From an uncultured Gammaproteobacteria bacterium (lineage in GTDB: Bacteria > Pseudomonadota > Gammaproteobacteria > Chromatiales > Chromatiaceae), in NCBI GenBank assembly GCA_965372385.1, contig CBDVCD010000001.1, positions 1 to 42,519 of the forward strand: a DNA stretch of 42,519 bases. The letters are read 5' to 3'. Below, piece after piece: positions 23,766-33,222 of this stretch (its first letter is position 1; every line of letters begins with the position of its first letter). The notes beneath the pieces were generated by a model. The model did no database searches, had not been told where the DNA came from, and saw only the letters and a program-made list of their open reading frames with translations. A program made the position numbers and the translations under genes.

Positions 23766-25928
23766 ATGGATGTCTCGCTAATTCTCGATCCCCTGAATGA
23801 CGCCCAGCGTGAAGCAGTCACCGCCCCGGTGAGTAATCTGCTGGTACTGGCTGGCGCCGGCAGCGGTAAAACCCGGGTGCTGGTGCACCGTATCGCCTGG
23901 TTACTGGCGGTGGAAGGCGCCTCGCCCTGGTCGGTGCTGGCGGTGACCTTCACCAACAAGGCGGCGCGGGAGATGCGCCAGCGCATCGAAGAGCTGCTGG
24001 GGCAGCCGATTGGTGGCATGTGGGTCGGCACCTTTCATGGCCTGGCTCATCGCCTGTTGCGTGCCCACTGGAAAGAGGCGGGACTACCCCAGAGTTTTCA
24101 GATTCTTGACTCGGACGATCAGTTCCGGTTGGTCAAGCGGGTGGTGAAGAGCCTGGAGCTGGATGACAGTAAGTGGCCGCCCCGGCAGCTGCAATGGTTT
24201 ATCAACGGTCGTAAGGACGAGGGGCTGCGCGCCCAGCATCTGGATGACGGTGGAGATCCTTACCAGCGGCAACAGATCCGGGTCTATACCGAATATCAGG
24301 CCGCTTGCGAGCGCGGCGGCATGCTGGATTTCGCCGAGCTGTTGCTGCGCGCCCATGAGCTGTGGCGGGACAGATCAGACATCCTGCAGCACTACCAGGA
24401 ACGCTTCCAGCATGTGCTGGTGGACGAATTTCAGGACACCAATGCGATTCAATACGCCTGGCTGAGTCTGCTGACCCGCAGCCGCAACAATCTGTTTATC
24501 GTGGGTGACGACGATCAGTCGATCTATGGCTGGCGCGGCGCCCGGGTGGAGAATATCCAGAGCTTTCAGAGCGATTATCTCAACACCCAATTGATCAAAC
24601 TGGAGCAGAATTACCGCTCCACCGGCAACATTCTAAATGCTGCGAATGCCCTGATCACGAATAACCCGACACGTCTTGGCAAGCAGCTCTGGACTGCCGA
24701 TGGCGAGGGTGAGCCGATCAACCTCTACGCGGCATTCAACGAAGTGGATGAGGCGCGTTTCGTGGTGGATCGTATCCGCCAATTCATCGAGCAGGGTCAT
24801 GCCCGTGCTGAGAGTGCGATTCTCTATCGGACCACAGCCCAGTCGCGTCTGTTTGAAGAGGCGCTGATCCAATTCTCCATCCCCTATCGGGTGTATGGCG
24901 GCCTGCGCTTTTTCGAGCGGGCCGAGATCAGGGATGCCCTGGCCTATCTGCGCTTGCTGAACAATCCCAATGATGACGCCGCCTACGAACGGGCGGTGAA
25001 TATGCCGCCGCGGGGAATCGGACCCAAGACGGTAGACGGGGTGCGAGCCCATGCGCGGGATTTCGTTTGCTCCCTGTGGCAGGCTACTACAGATCTGCTC
25101 AAAGGCGGCGCCCTGCCCAAGCGGGCGGCCAGCGCCCTGCAGGGCTTCCATGACCTGATCGAGGAGTTGCGGATTGATACTGCCCCGCTGAGTCTGCCGG
25201 AGAAGGTAGCGCAGACCCTGGCCGCCAGCCGTCTGCCGCAACATTTCGAGAAAAGCCGGGACGGCAAGGGTGTCGACCGCCAGGAGAACCTGGAGGAGCT
25301 GGTCAATGCGACCCGTCAGTTCGGCTATGACGTGCACGAAGACGAAGATCTGGACGAGTTATCCGCCTTCCTCTCCCATGCGGCCCTGGAGGCCGGTGAG
25401 GCCCAGGGCGACCCGTTTGAGGATTGTGTTCAATTGATGACCCTGCACTCCGCCAAGGGGCTTGAGTTTCCCCAGGTGTTCCTGGTGGGCGTAGAAGAGG
25501 GGTTATTCCCGCACCGTATGTCCGCGGATGATCCCGCCAGGTTGGAGGAGGAGCGCCGACTCTGCTATGTGGGAGTGACTCGGGCCATGCAGACCCTCTA
25601 CCTGACCCATGCAGAGAGTCGCCGGCTGCACGGCAACGAGAACTATCCCCTGCCCTCCAGGTTCATTCGCGAGATACCGTCAGACCTGATGCGTGAGGTG
25701 CGTTCCGGTCCGCGGATCACCCGGCCGATCTACAGCTCTCCAATGGCCTATGGGAGTGAGGAACTGACAGGCTTCAGACTTGGACAGCGGGTGCGGCATA
25801 CCAAATTCGGTGAAGGGGTGGTATTGAATGCGGAGGGCCAGGGCCGCCATGCACGGGTACAGGTGAACTTCGAGACCGACGGCAGTAAATGGCTGGTAGT
25901 GGCCTATGCCAACCTCTCTCCCTGTTGA
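23766..25928 (+). CDS. uvrD: DNA helicase II UvrD
   Basis: Collinear with E. coli UvrD from MDVS..LNDAQREAV, LVLAGAGSGKTRVLVHRIAWL, VDEFQDTN and QNYRST through to LMTLHSAKGLEFPQVF and the C-terminal KFGEG...WLVVAYA. Confidence 0.95.
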   Translation: MDVSLILDPLNDAQREAVTAPVSNLLVLAGAGSGKTRVLVHRIAWLLAVEGASPWSVLAVTFTNKAAREMRQRIEELLGQPIGGMWVGTFHGLAHRLLRAHWKEAGLPQSFQILDSDDQFRLVKRVVKSLELDDSKWPPRQLQWFINGRKDEGLRAQHLDDGGDPYQRQQIRVYTEYQAACERGGMLDFAELLLRAHELWRDRSDILQHYQERFQHVLVDEFQDTNAIQYAWLSLLTRSRNNLFIVGDDDQSIYGWRGARVENIQSFQSDYLNTQLIKLEQNYRSTGNILNAANALITNNPTRLGKQLWTADGEGEPINLYAAFNEVDEARFVVDRIRQFIEQGHARAESAILYRTTAQSRLFEEALIQFSIPYRVYGGLRFFERAEIRDALAYLRLLNNPNDDAAYERAVNMPPRGIGPKTVDGVRAHARDFVCSLWQATTDLLKGGALPKRAASALQGFHDLIEELRIDTAPLSLPEKVAQTLAASRLPQHFEKSRDGKGVDRQENLEELVNATRQFGYDVHEDEDLDELSAFLSHAALEAGEAQGDPFEDCVQLMTLHSAKGLEFPQVFLVGVEEGLFPHRMSADDPARLEEERRLCYVGVTRAMQTLYLTHAESRRLHGNENYPLPSRFIREIPSDLMREVRSGPRITRPIYSSPMAYGSEELTGFRLGQRVRHTKFGEGVVLNAEGQGRHARVQVNFETDGSKWLVVAYANLSPC

Positions 25929-25938
25929 GCATAAAGAT

Positions 25939-26049
25939 GCCGTCGTGGGAGCTGTCCATGGCTGCAACCAAAGGTGGCAAGCCTTTTTGTCATCACTACA
26001 CAAAGCGACTATCGTCGCTATTCGCAGCCATGGGCAGCTCCTACGGAGG
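25939..26049. repeat. 111-bp compound REP-like element (terminal GTAGGAGC...GGC hairpins), copy 1
   Basis: Begins 11 nt after the uvrD stop. By eye it is near-identical to the reverse complement of 36468-36577. Confidence 0.75.
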
Positions 26050-26124
26050 CTGAATAGTTAAAAAATATTGAACCCTTCTCCGTGTCTCTGTGGTTAAAAA
26101 TTTACAAAATAAGGAGCAACTTTC

Positions 26125-27243
26125 ATGAAGCGTCGCAATTTCATCAAGAAGGCCGGTGCCGGTACCTTGGCATTAGGTGTTACCGGCTTACTATCGGCCT
26201 GCGGCAAGGAGGAGCCCGTGCAGCAAGCGCAGGCCAAGACCGAGCAGCAGACCTTCGCATGGAAGATGGTCACCACCTGGCCGAAAAACTTCCCCGGTCT
26301 AGGTACCGGTGCCAACCAGCTTGCGGAACTGATCACCGAAATGAGCGGCGGCCGCATCCGGGTCAAGGTCTATGGCGCGAAAGAGCTGGTGCCTGCATTC
26401 GAAGTGTTCGACGCGGTCTCCCGCGGCACCGCCGAGATGGGTCATGGGGCGGCCTACTATTGGAAAGGCAAGAGCGAGGTGGCGCAGTTTTTCTCCACGG
26501 TACCCTTCGGCATGACCGCCCAGGAGATGAACGGGTGGATGTACCATGGGGGTGGCCTCAAGCTATGGCGTGAACTCTACAAGCAATTCGGCCTGATCCC
26601 GGCCCCTGCGGGTAACACCGGGGTGCAGATGGGCGGCTGGTTCAACAAGGAGATCAACAGTGTCGAGGACCTGAAAGGATTGAAAATGAGGATTCCGGGT
26701 CTGGGTGGGGAAGTACTCAGAAGGGCTGGTGGCACACCGGTGAACCTGCCTGGAGGTGAACTCTTCACCTCATTGGAATCTGGCGCCATCGATGCAACAG
26801 AGTGGGTGAACCCGTATAACGATCTAGCTTTCGGTCTCTTCAAGGCGGCTAAATACTACTACTATCCGGGGTTCCATGAGCCGGGCACCACGCTGGAGGC
26901 GATCATCAACCAGCAGGCCTTCGACCAGTTGCCGAAGGATCTGCAGTCGATCGTGCTCAACGCCTGCAAGGTGGTCAATCAGGATATGCTGGCGGAGTAT
27001 ACCGCACGTAATCCAGCGGCCCTGCGGACCCTGGTGGAGAAGCACAAGGTGGATATTCGCGCCTACCCGGAAGATGTGTTGGCCACTCTGAGGAAATATT
27101 CTGAGGAAGTGGTCAAGGAGCTTGCCGCTAAGGATGAGTTCTCGAAACGAGTTTTCGACTCTTACAGCGCCTTCCTGCAAGGCTCGCGTGAATGGGGAGG
27201 GCTCTCAGATCTTGCCTATCTCAAGGCCCGTGACGGTGGTTAA
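26125..27243 (+). CDS. TRAP-transporter solute-binding protein (DctP-like, COG4663-type) with a Tat signal
   Basis: RRNFIKKAGAGTLALGV twin-arginine leader with a DctP-family body. There are no DctQ/DctM genes nearby. Confidence 0.7.
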   Translation: MKRRNFIKKAGAGTLALGVTGLLSACGKEEPVQQAQAKTEQQTFAWKMVTTWPKNFPGLGTGANQLAELITEMSGGRIRVKVYGAKELVPAFEVFDAVSRGTAEMGHGAAYYWKGKSEVAQFFSTVPFGMTAQEMNGWMYHGGGLKLWRELYKQFGLIPAPAGNTGVQMGGWFNKEINSVEDLKGLKMRIPGLGGEVLRRAGGTPVNLPGGELFTSLESGAIDATEWVNPYNDLAFGLFKAAKYYYYPGFHEPGTTLEAIINQQAFDQLPKDLQSIVLNACKVVNQDMLAEYTARNPAALRTLVEKHKVDIRAYPEDVLATLRKYSEEVVKELAAKDEFSKRVFDSYSAFLQGSREWGGLSDLAYLKARDGG

Positions 27244-28409
27244 TGGAGGTACTCCCTCCCCTCTCCCTCTATATTCATATCCCCTGGTGTGTAAGGAAGT
27301 GTCCCTATTGTGACTTCAACTCACATCAGGCGCGGGAGTCTCTGGACGCAGAGGGTTACATCGATGCCCTGCTCGCCGATCTGTCACATGACCTGAAGCT
27401 GGCAGCGGATCGCCCACTGCAGACCATCTTCATCGGCGGGGGCACACCCAGCCTGTTTTCTCCAGCCTCGATTGGGCGATTGCTGGCCGGGGTAAAGGCC
27501 CGAATTGCCTGGGCCGGGCAGATCGAGATCACTCTGGAGGCCAACCCTGGCACCCTGGAGGCGGCCAACTTCGCGGGTTACCGGGATGCGGGAGTAAACC
27601 GGCTATCCATCGGGGTGCAGAGCTTCAACCCCGATTGCCTGCATGCCCTGGGCCGCATACACGGCCCCGATGAGGCAGTGCGTGCCCTGAAGCTGGCCAA
27701 ACAGGCCGGCTTCGATCACATCAATCTCGACCTGATGTTCGGCCTGCCGGGACAGTCGCTGGAGATCGCAAAACAGGATGTGCTGACCGCTCTGGAGCTG
27801 GACCCGGGACATATCTCTTACTATCAACTGACCCTGGAGCCCAATACCCCATTCCAGCATGCACCACCAGATCTGCCGCACGAGGAGGCCATCTGGCGGA
27901 TGCAGGAGCAGGGCCAGAGACGGTTACAACACGCCGGTTACCGCCAGTATGAGATCTCCGCGTTCGCCCGGAAAGGTCAACGCTGCCGACACAATCTGAA
28001 CTACTGGAGCTTCGGCGACTACCTGGGCATAGGGGCAGGCGCCCATGCCAAACTCACCCAGGCATCAGGTAGCATTCAGCGGACCTCGAAGTGGCGCCAT
28101 CCAGAAGATTATCTGAAAAAAACAGCGGATGGATGTGCCATACAGGGCGCCAGGTCCCTGACGGAGGCCGATCGGATCCTGGAGTTCATGATGAACCTGT
28201 TGCGGCTCCGGGATGGATTCGACATGACCCTGTTTACCGAGCGCACCGGTCTCCCCCCCTCCTCTCTCGATCCCGCCCTGGCGACCGCCCTGTCGAAAAG
28301 CTTGCTGGAAACCCGCACTGACCGGATCTCCGCTACCCCATTGGGCAGGCGCTTTCTCAACGATCTGTTAGGCCTGTTTGTCCCTAATGCACCCCGCCAC
28401 ATATCCTGA
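27243..28409 (+). CDS. hemW: radical-SAM haem chaperone HemW (HemN-like, oxygen-independent coproporphyrinogen oxidase family)
   Basis: LSLYIHIPWCVRKCPYCDFNS (CxxxCxxC), GGGTPS, and a HemN_C-like tail. The last 8 codons lie inside the repeat at 28386-28651. Confidence 0.85.
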   Translation: MEVLPPLSLYIHIPWCVRKCPYCDFNSHQARESLDAEGYIDALLADLSHDLKLAADRPLQTIFIGGGTPSLFSPASIGRLLAGVKARIAWAGQIEITLEANPGTLEAANFAGYRDAGVNRLSIGVQSFNPDCLHALGRIHGPDEAVRALKLAKQAGFDHINLDLMFGLPGQSLEIAKQDVLTALELDPGHISYYQLTLEPNTPFQHAPPDLPHEEAIWRMQEQGQRRLQHAGYRQYEISAFARKGQRCRHNLNYWSFGDYLGIGAGAHAKLTQASGSIQRTSKWRHPEDYLKKTADGCAIQGARSLTEADRILEFMMNLLRLRDGFDMTLFTERTGLPPSSLDPALATALSKSLLETRTDRISATPLGRRFLNDLLGLFVPNAPRHIS

Positions 28410-28651
28410 CACATTCAGCAAGCCAGGAAGGGGCTAGCCGCAAGGCATGCCTCGCAGGGAATGGTTATTCCCTTTCCAAGAGGCATAACGCCGCGGATGG
28501 CCCTTTCCTGGCTTGCCCGAAGGGAGCCACCCAAATGCACCAGTACGGTGTTGCGACTCTTGGAAAGGGCTTGCCATTCCCTGCGAGCCGCGCCTTGTAC
28601 TGGTACATTTGGGTGGCTCTGAATGTATCAGGATATGTGGTGGGGTACATT
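28386..28651. repeat. 266-bp composite, highly structured repeat element with 33-bp terminal inverted repeats
   Basis: TIRs at 28386-28418 and 28619-28651 (30/33). Nested stems at 28525-28546/28597-28618 and 28421-28433/28501-28513. The core 28496-28534 recurs at 33368-33406 (32/39). Confidence 0.7.
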
Positions 28652-28739
28652 GATTAGATGAAAAGAGTGCCGAAATCAGTTGCGCATACAAGAATAGTCG
28701 TTTAATTTCTATCTTGACTCGGAGAGCGCTCGAAAGGTT

Positions 28740-31700
28740 ATGGGACTGAAACCAAAAATTCTGGTAGTGATAGCAGGCGTCTTCCTGCTCCATTTTCTAT
28801 TTGTCGGCTATTTGGGCTATCGCCAGATCAAGACGGAAGTGATCGAGGATATCCAGGAGCAAGCGCGCATTGTCCGGGGCATGCTCATGGCACTGCGTAC
28901 TGTCTACCAGCGGCAATTCTTATCTCACAATATACCTGTCAATGAGCAGACCCTGGGGATACTTCCAGCCTACTCGATTAGCCTTATCTCCGATGAGTTC
29001 AAGGAGTGGGTATCGACTGGCCTCAGCTTCAACAATGTTGCAGAGGAGCCACGCAATCCGAAAAATGCCGCGGATGCCATCGAATTGGAGGCGATACGCT
29101 ATTTTGCCGGACATGAAGGCGAGAGCGAGCGGCTGGTCCCATATACCAATGCAACGGGTGAATCCTATTATCATTATTCCCAGCCAATCCAGATACAAAC
29201 TCACTGCCTGAATTGCCATGGCAGTGCCGAAGAGGCCTCTCCAAGCATTCAGGAGCGCTACACCACCGCATACGACTATAAGGTAGGTGACCTGCGTGGC
29301 ATCATGAGCATCAAGCTGCCAGCCAGCGTCATTGAAGAGCGGATATGGGCCCAACTGAAGCAGAATGTCATCACGCACACAGCGGGGCTCATCTTAAGCT
29401 TTCTGCTGCTGTCAGCCTTTTTGAGTAAAACCATCCTCGCCCCGATTGCCCGTTTACGACGAGCAACAAAGCGCCTGGCGGAGGGTGACTATTCGATCGA
29501 TGAGGCCCCATACGGAAAGGATGAGATTGCCGCGGTATCACACTCCTTTGACAAAATGGCCAGGGAAGTCGGCAGACGGGAAAAGGCCCTGAGTACCCAG
29601 AAGGCCCTCTATGCCGCGCTGTCCGAAACAAATAAGACCATCCTCAGACTGGACGCCCCGGAGCAGTTCTTTTCTCGTGTTTGCAACATAGCAGTCGATT
29701 ATGGCGGTTTGCAGTTCGCCTGGATCGGATTATTGGAGCCAGAGAACAACGAAATCAAAGTCGTGGCCAGTGCCGGTGGTTCCATCAGGCTAAGGAAACC
29801 GGCATTTTCACTTGATATTGAGGGTCCATTTGGCAAGAGTCCGGTCGCCGACGCAGTACGCGGCAAACGTCTGATTGTCATCGATGATCTATTCCAGCAG
29901 ATGGGAACAACTCCCTGCTATGAATTTGCAACGGAGACAAAGCTCAAATCAAGCGCAATCTTTCCAATCCTGGAAAAGGGGGAGGTGATCGGTAGCTTTA
30001 ATCTCTACGCCACGGAACCCTACTATTTCAATGAGGATATCCAGGATCTGCTGGAAGAAATGACCTCTGAAATTACCTTCGCCATACAGAACTACCGTAG
30101 GGATCAGGAGCATCGGCTGGCTCATCAGAAACTCGAGGAGTCTTCCCGGCAGCTCGGTAAAATCAATAACCAGATGCGCCTACTGCTGGAGTCAACCGGT
30201 GAAGGGATCTTCGGCACGGATACCAAGGGACTCTGCACTTTGATCAATCAAGCCGCAATCGAGATGTTCGGCTTTCCACGGGATGAGATGTTGGGCCAGT
30301 CCATACATGATTTGACCCATCACAGCTACAAGGATGGTTCCCCCTATCCATTTGATGTCTGCCCAATCTACCTGGCGTGCGAATCGGATACACCCTATCA
30401 AATAACAAATGAAGTCTTTTGGCGTAAGGATGGGACCTGTTTTCCAGTTGAGTATTCGGCCTACCCCATTCATGAATCTGGCCAGGTAATCGGCACCGTC
30501 ACCCTGTTTCGCGATGTTACCGAACGCCATGTCTTGAACGAACGGATGGATTTTCTTACTACTCATGATCCCCTGACCAAACTCCTGAATCGTTATGCAT
30601 TCGAACAACGACTGCAAGAAGTCGTCGAGGATGCGCGTCAGAACAACACTGAACATGCCCTTTGTTACATGGACCTGGATCAGTTCAAGGTTGTCAATGA
30701 CACCTGCGGTCATGTAGCCGGGGATGCCATGTTACAGATGCTCACCGAGATTCTGCACGGAACCTTGCGTCAGAGTGACACATTGGCACGGCTTGGCGGG
30801 GACGAATTTGGTCTCCTGCTCGAGGGAGCATCCCTCGAGCAGGCCCTCCACTTGGCGTATAAAATCTGTCACGCCGTAAAAGAGTTCCGCTTTTCCTGGG
30901 AGGGCAAAAGCTTTGCCACTGGCATCAGTATTGGAATCGTTGTCATCGGCCCGAATGGCGAGAAAATCCGCAACCTGCTGAGTGCTGCCGATGCAGCCTG
31001 CTATGTGGCAAAGGATATGGGGCGCAACCGAGTGCATGTCTATCGGATCAAAGATGAAGAGGTTGCCCGTAGACAGGGTGAGATGAAATGGGTGTCGGAG
31101 ATTCAGACCGCCATGGAGCAGAAGCGGTTAAGCCTCAATTTCCAACCCATCAGGCGCCTGGATAGTTCGAACACAGATGAGTGTATCGAGATTCTGTTGA
31201 GTATGATCGGCAATAATGGACAACATATCTCGCCGGGAGCCTTTATCCCCGCGGCAGAGCGATATGACCTGATTGTAGCCCTTGATCGCTGGGTAATCCG
31301 TCAGACCTTCGAGTGGCTAGCGCAGGATTCCGCTAGACTGGCCAGGCTGAGCATCTGCTCGATCAATCTGTCGGGACAGTCGTTGGGTGATGAAACACTG
31401 CCTGAATTTATCATTGCGGAATGCAGACGCAACAATCTCCCTGCTGAGAAGATCTGTTTTGAAATCACTGAAACAGCCGCTGTCAGCCGTCTTGATAAGG
31501 CAATCCATCTGATCAACCTACTGAAAAAGCTTGGCTTCCACTTCGCACTTGATGACTTTGGGACGGGTATGTCATCTTTCGCCTATCTGAAAGACCTTCC
31601 CGTGGACTTTCTGAAGATTGACGGCAGTTTCGTAAAGGACATCCTGGTTGATCCCGTAGACTGTGCGATGGTGGAGTCAATCAACCAAATAGGCCATCTT

Positions 31701-31835
31701 ATGGGTCTGCAGACGGTTGCCGAGCATGTGGAAAATGATCAGCTCTTGGACAAACTTCGGGAGATTGGGGTCGACTATGTTCAGGGCTATGGCGTTGCCA
31801 GACCGGCGCCCTTGATAACAGGCGCCGGTGTTTAA
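28740..31835 (+). CDS. membrane sensor: periplasmic haem-c (DUF3365-like, CLNCH) domain, HAMP, GAF, PAS, GGDEF and EAL
   Basis: N-terminal TM then THCLNCHGS. HAMP-like ILAPIARLRRATKRLAEGDY. Also GGDEF (RLGGDEFGLLL) and EAL-domain motifs (EILLSM variant, DDFGTGMSSFAYLK, KIDGSFV, QGY). Confidence 0.85.
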   Translation: MGLKPKILVVIAGVFLLHFLFVGYLGYRQIKTEVIEDIQEQARIVRGMLMALRTVYQRQFLSHNIPVNEQTLGILPAYSISLISDEFKEWVSTGLSFNNVAEEPRNPKNAADAIELEAIRYFAGHEGESERLVPYTNATGESYYHYSQPIQIQTHCLNCHGSAEEASPSIQERYTTAYDYKVGDLRGIMSIKLPASVIEERIWAQLKQNVITHTAGLILSFLLLSAFLSKTILAPIARLRRATKRLAEGDYSIDEAPYGKDEIAAVSHSFDKMAREVGRREKALSTQKALYAALSETNKTILRLDAPEQFFSRVCNIAVDYGGLQFAWIGLLEPENNEIKVVASAGGSIRLRKPAFSLDIEGPFGKSPVADAVRGKRLIVIDDLFQQMGTTPCYEFATETKLKSSAIFPILEKGEVIGSFNLYATEPYYFNEDIQDLLEEMTSEITFAIQNYRRDQEHRLAHQKLEESSRQLGKINNQMRLLLESTGEGIFGTDTKGLCTLINQAAIEMFGFPRDEMLGQSIHDLTHHSYKDGSPYPFDVCPIYLACESDTPYQITNEVFWRKDGTCFPVEYSAYPIHESGQVIGTVTLFRDVTERHVLNERMDFLTTHDPLTKLLNRYAFEQRLQEVVEDARQNNTEHALCYMDLDQFKVVNDTCGHVAGDAMLQMLTEILHGTLRQSDTLARLGGDEFGLLLEGASLEQALHLAYKICHAVKEFRFSWEGKSFATGISIGIVVIGPNGEKIRNLLSAADAACYVAKDMGRNRVHVYRIKDEEVARRQGEMKWVSEIQTAMEQKRLSLNFQPIRRLDSSNTDECIEILLSMIGNNGQHISPGAFIPAAERYDLIVALDRWVIRQTFEWLAQDSARLARLSICSINLSGQSLGDETLPEFIIAECRRNNLPAEKICFEITETAAVSRLDKAIHLINLLKKLGFHFALDDFGTGMSSFAYLKDLPVDFLKIDGSFVKDILVDPVDCAMVESINQIGHLMGLQTVAEHVENDQLLDKLREIGVDYVQGYGVARPAPLITGAGV

Positions 31836-31869
31836 CCTGGATAATTCATCCGGTTGCAAGACAAACAAG

Positions 31870-31884
31870 GGGGGTAACACCCCC
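31870..31884 (-). terminator. short GC hairpin (gggggt-aac-accccc) overlapping the stop of the 31884 gene
   Basis: On the minus strand it is followed by TTGTTTGTCTT. It lies between convergent genes. Confidence 0.35.
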
Positions 31885-32339
31885 TAGTCGACCCGACACT
31901 GTGCAAAAAAATCATCCAGCCCCACCTCTTCCGCATAGGCCTTGAGTACCTTGGGACGAGGGCCCTTATCCTTCACTTCAAATACAGTATCGGGTTCGCT
32001 GGGAACATGAGTATATTTTCCAGCCGGGATCTTGACCGTGGTTTTCGCTCTTGCCGCTTTACGACGACGCTTCACCGACACCTTCTTTTTTGCGGGCGCT
32101 TTTTCCGGTTGCTCCCTTTTTGCTTCTTCTTTATCAATCTTGGTGACGATTCTGCGAATCGTTTTATAGTTGAAACGAACAAATGTTTCGAATGAGAGTC
32201 CTGCCTCCTCCAAAACCTGCGTGATATGCTGATGGGCTCCCTCTAGCGCTTCCCGCTCTTTAGTCTCTTTCTCCTGTTGCTGTTCCAACTTCTCAATTTT
32301 CGCTCGCAGAGCTTCAATTTCTTTTTGCGTATTAGCCAT
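31884..32339 (-). CDS. coiled-coil, lysine-rich small protein (possible nucleoid-associated/H-NS-like; family not recognised)
   Basis: N-terminal heptad-like EIEALRAKIEKLEQQQEKE and a central basic tract KKKVSVKRRRKAARAK. It borders an AT-rich 0.5-kb spacer. Confidence 0.5.
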   Translation of the reverse strand: MANTQKEIEALRAKIEKLEQQQEKETKEREALEGAHQHITQVLEEAGLSFETFVRFNYKTIRRIVTKIDKEEAKREQPEKAPAKKKVSVKRRRKAARAKTTVKIPAGKYTHVPSEPDTVFEVKDKGPRPKVLKAYAEEVGLDDFFAQCRVD

Positions 32340-32480
32340 AATTGTTTAACTTATTTAACCTGTTATTCGGAGCAATTAATTTTAAATTGTTTTTAAGGTA
32401 GTTAACAATACTTTTATGTATCGGTTTAAATGCCAGAATCCATCAACTATTTATTACATAGTCATTGATATCTATTCAAC

Positions 32481-32540
32481 CTAGAATCTGCGGTTGGACG
32501 GGGTAGAGTGTAGAATGGAACGGTCAACTGCAGAATCTAG
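32481..32540. mobile_element. 60-bp minimal copy of family A element (essentially two TIRs back to back)
   Basis: ctagaatctgcggttggacggggtagagtg|tagaatggaacggtcaactgcagaatctag. This equals the 4842-4963 copy minus its 62-bp interior. Flanked by attcaac and gttcaac. Confidence 0.7.
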
Positions 32541-32865
32541 GTTCAACAGTTAAGGAAATAGATAATCGCAACATCTGTTCCCTTGTTCAGATAAAGCTAC
32601 AAATAGAATGAGTGATTACAAAGTGAGAAATTTGGCGAGATTGAGATCAGGCTTGCTGGGCTCATAATAGCAAGAATCTATCAGCGAGATGAACAGTCGA
32701 GTCAAAATTCCGTCGCAATACCAATAATCACATAACATACTGAATAACCTGCCTATAATATTCCACACTGTAAAGATAAACCGATCAACTCAGGAAGGTG
32801 ATTCCGCGACCCTGCAATAGATTTATGTTAGCCTGAAATTAAACTTCCACTCAGGGGGAATCCTG

Positions 32866-33222
32866 ATGAAAAAGAAAGGTTTCAGTAAGTTTGATTTTGA
32901 TTCGATGGTTGCAATTGCGCAAAATAATCCGGACGAGTTCGAGCGTCTGAGGCAACAGGCCATTGATGAATTTATCGAAAATGCCTCCCCTGAGAATCAG
33001 GCGCGGCTGCGTGGACTTCAATGGCGGATCGATCAGGAGCGGAGAAATCGCAGCCCTCTGAGCGCCTGCATAAGGATCTCCGAAATGATGTGGGATCACC
33101 TGCTGGGCTCTCATGGTCTCCTCGCGCATCAGGAGCGATTACTCTATAACAAACATCCGATCGCCAGGGACTCCGCTAAGGTTCTTCGGTTTACAACGAA
33201 CTCTAGTACTCCTTCAAGGTAA
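32866..33222 (+). CDS. DUF3135 family protein
   Basis: FDFDSMVAIAQNNPDEFERLRQQAIDEFI...ARLRGLQWRIDQER. The last codons lie in the agtactccttcaaggt motif. Confidence 0.6.
   Translation: MKKKGFSKFDFDSMVAIAQNNPDEFERLRQQAIDEFIENASPENQARLRGLQWRIDQERRNRSPLSACIRISEMMWDHLLGSHGLLAHQERLLYNKHPIARDSAKVLRFTTNSSTPSR

Noticed and set aside
28434-28793. 119-aa minus-strand ORF and 28465-28650 ORF
   Set aside because: They lie inside the composite repeat 28386-28651 and in the promoter region of the sensor gene. Their translations have no features, so they are likely repeat-derived artefacts.
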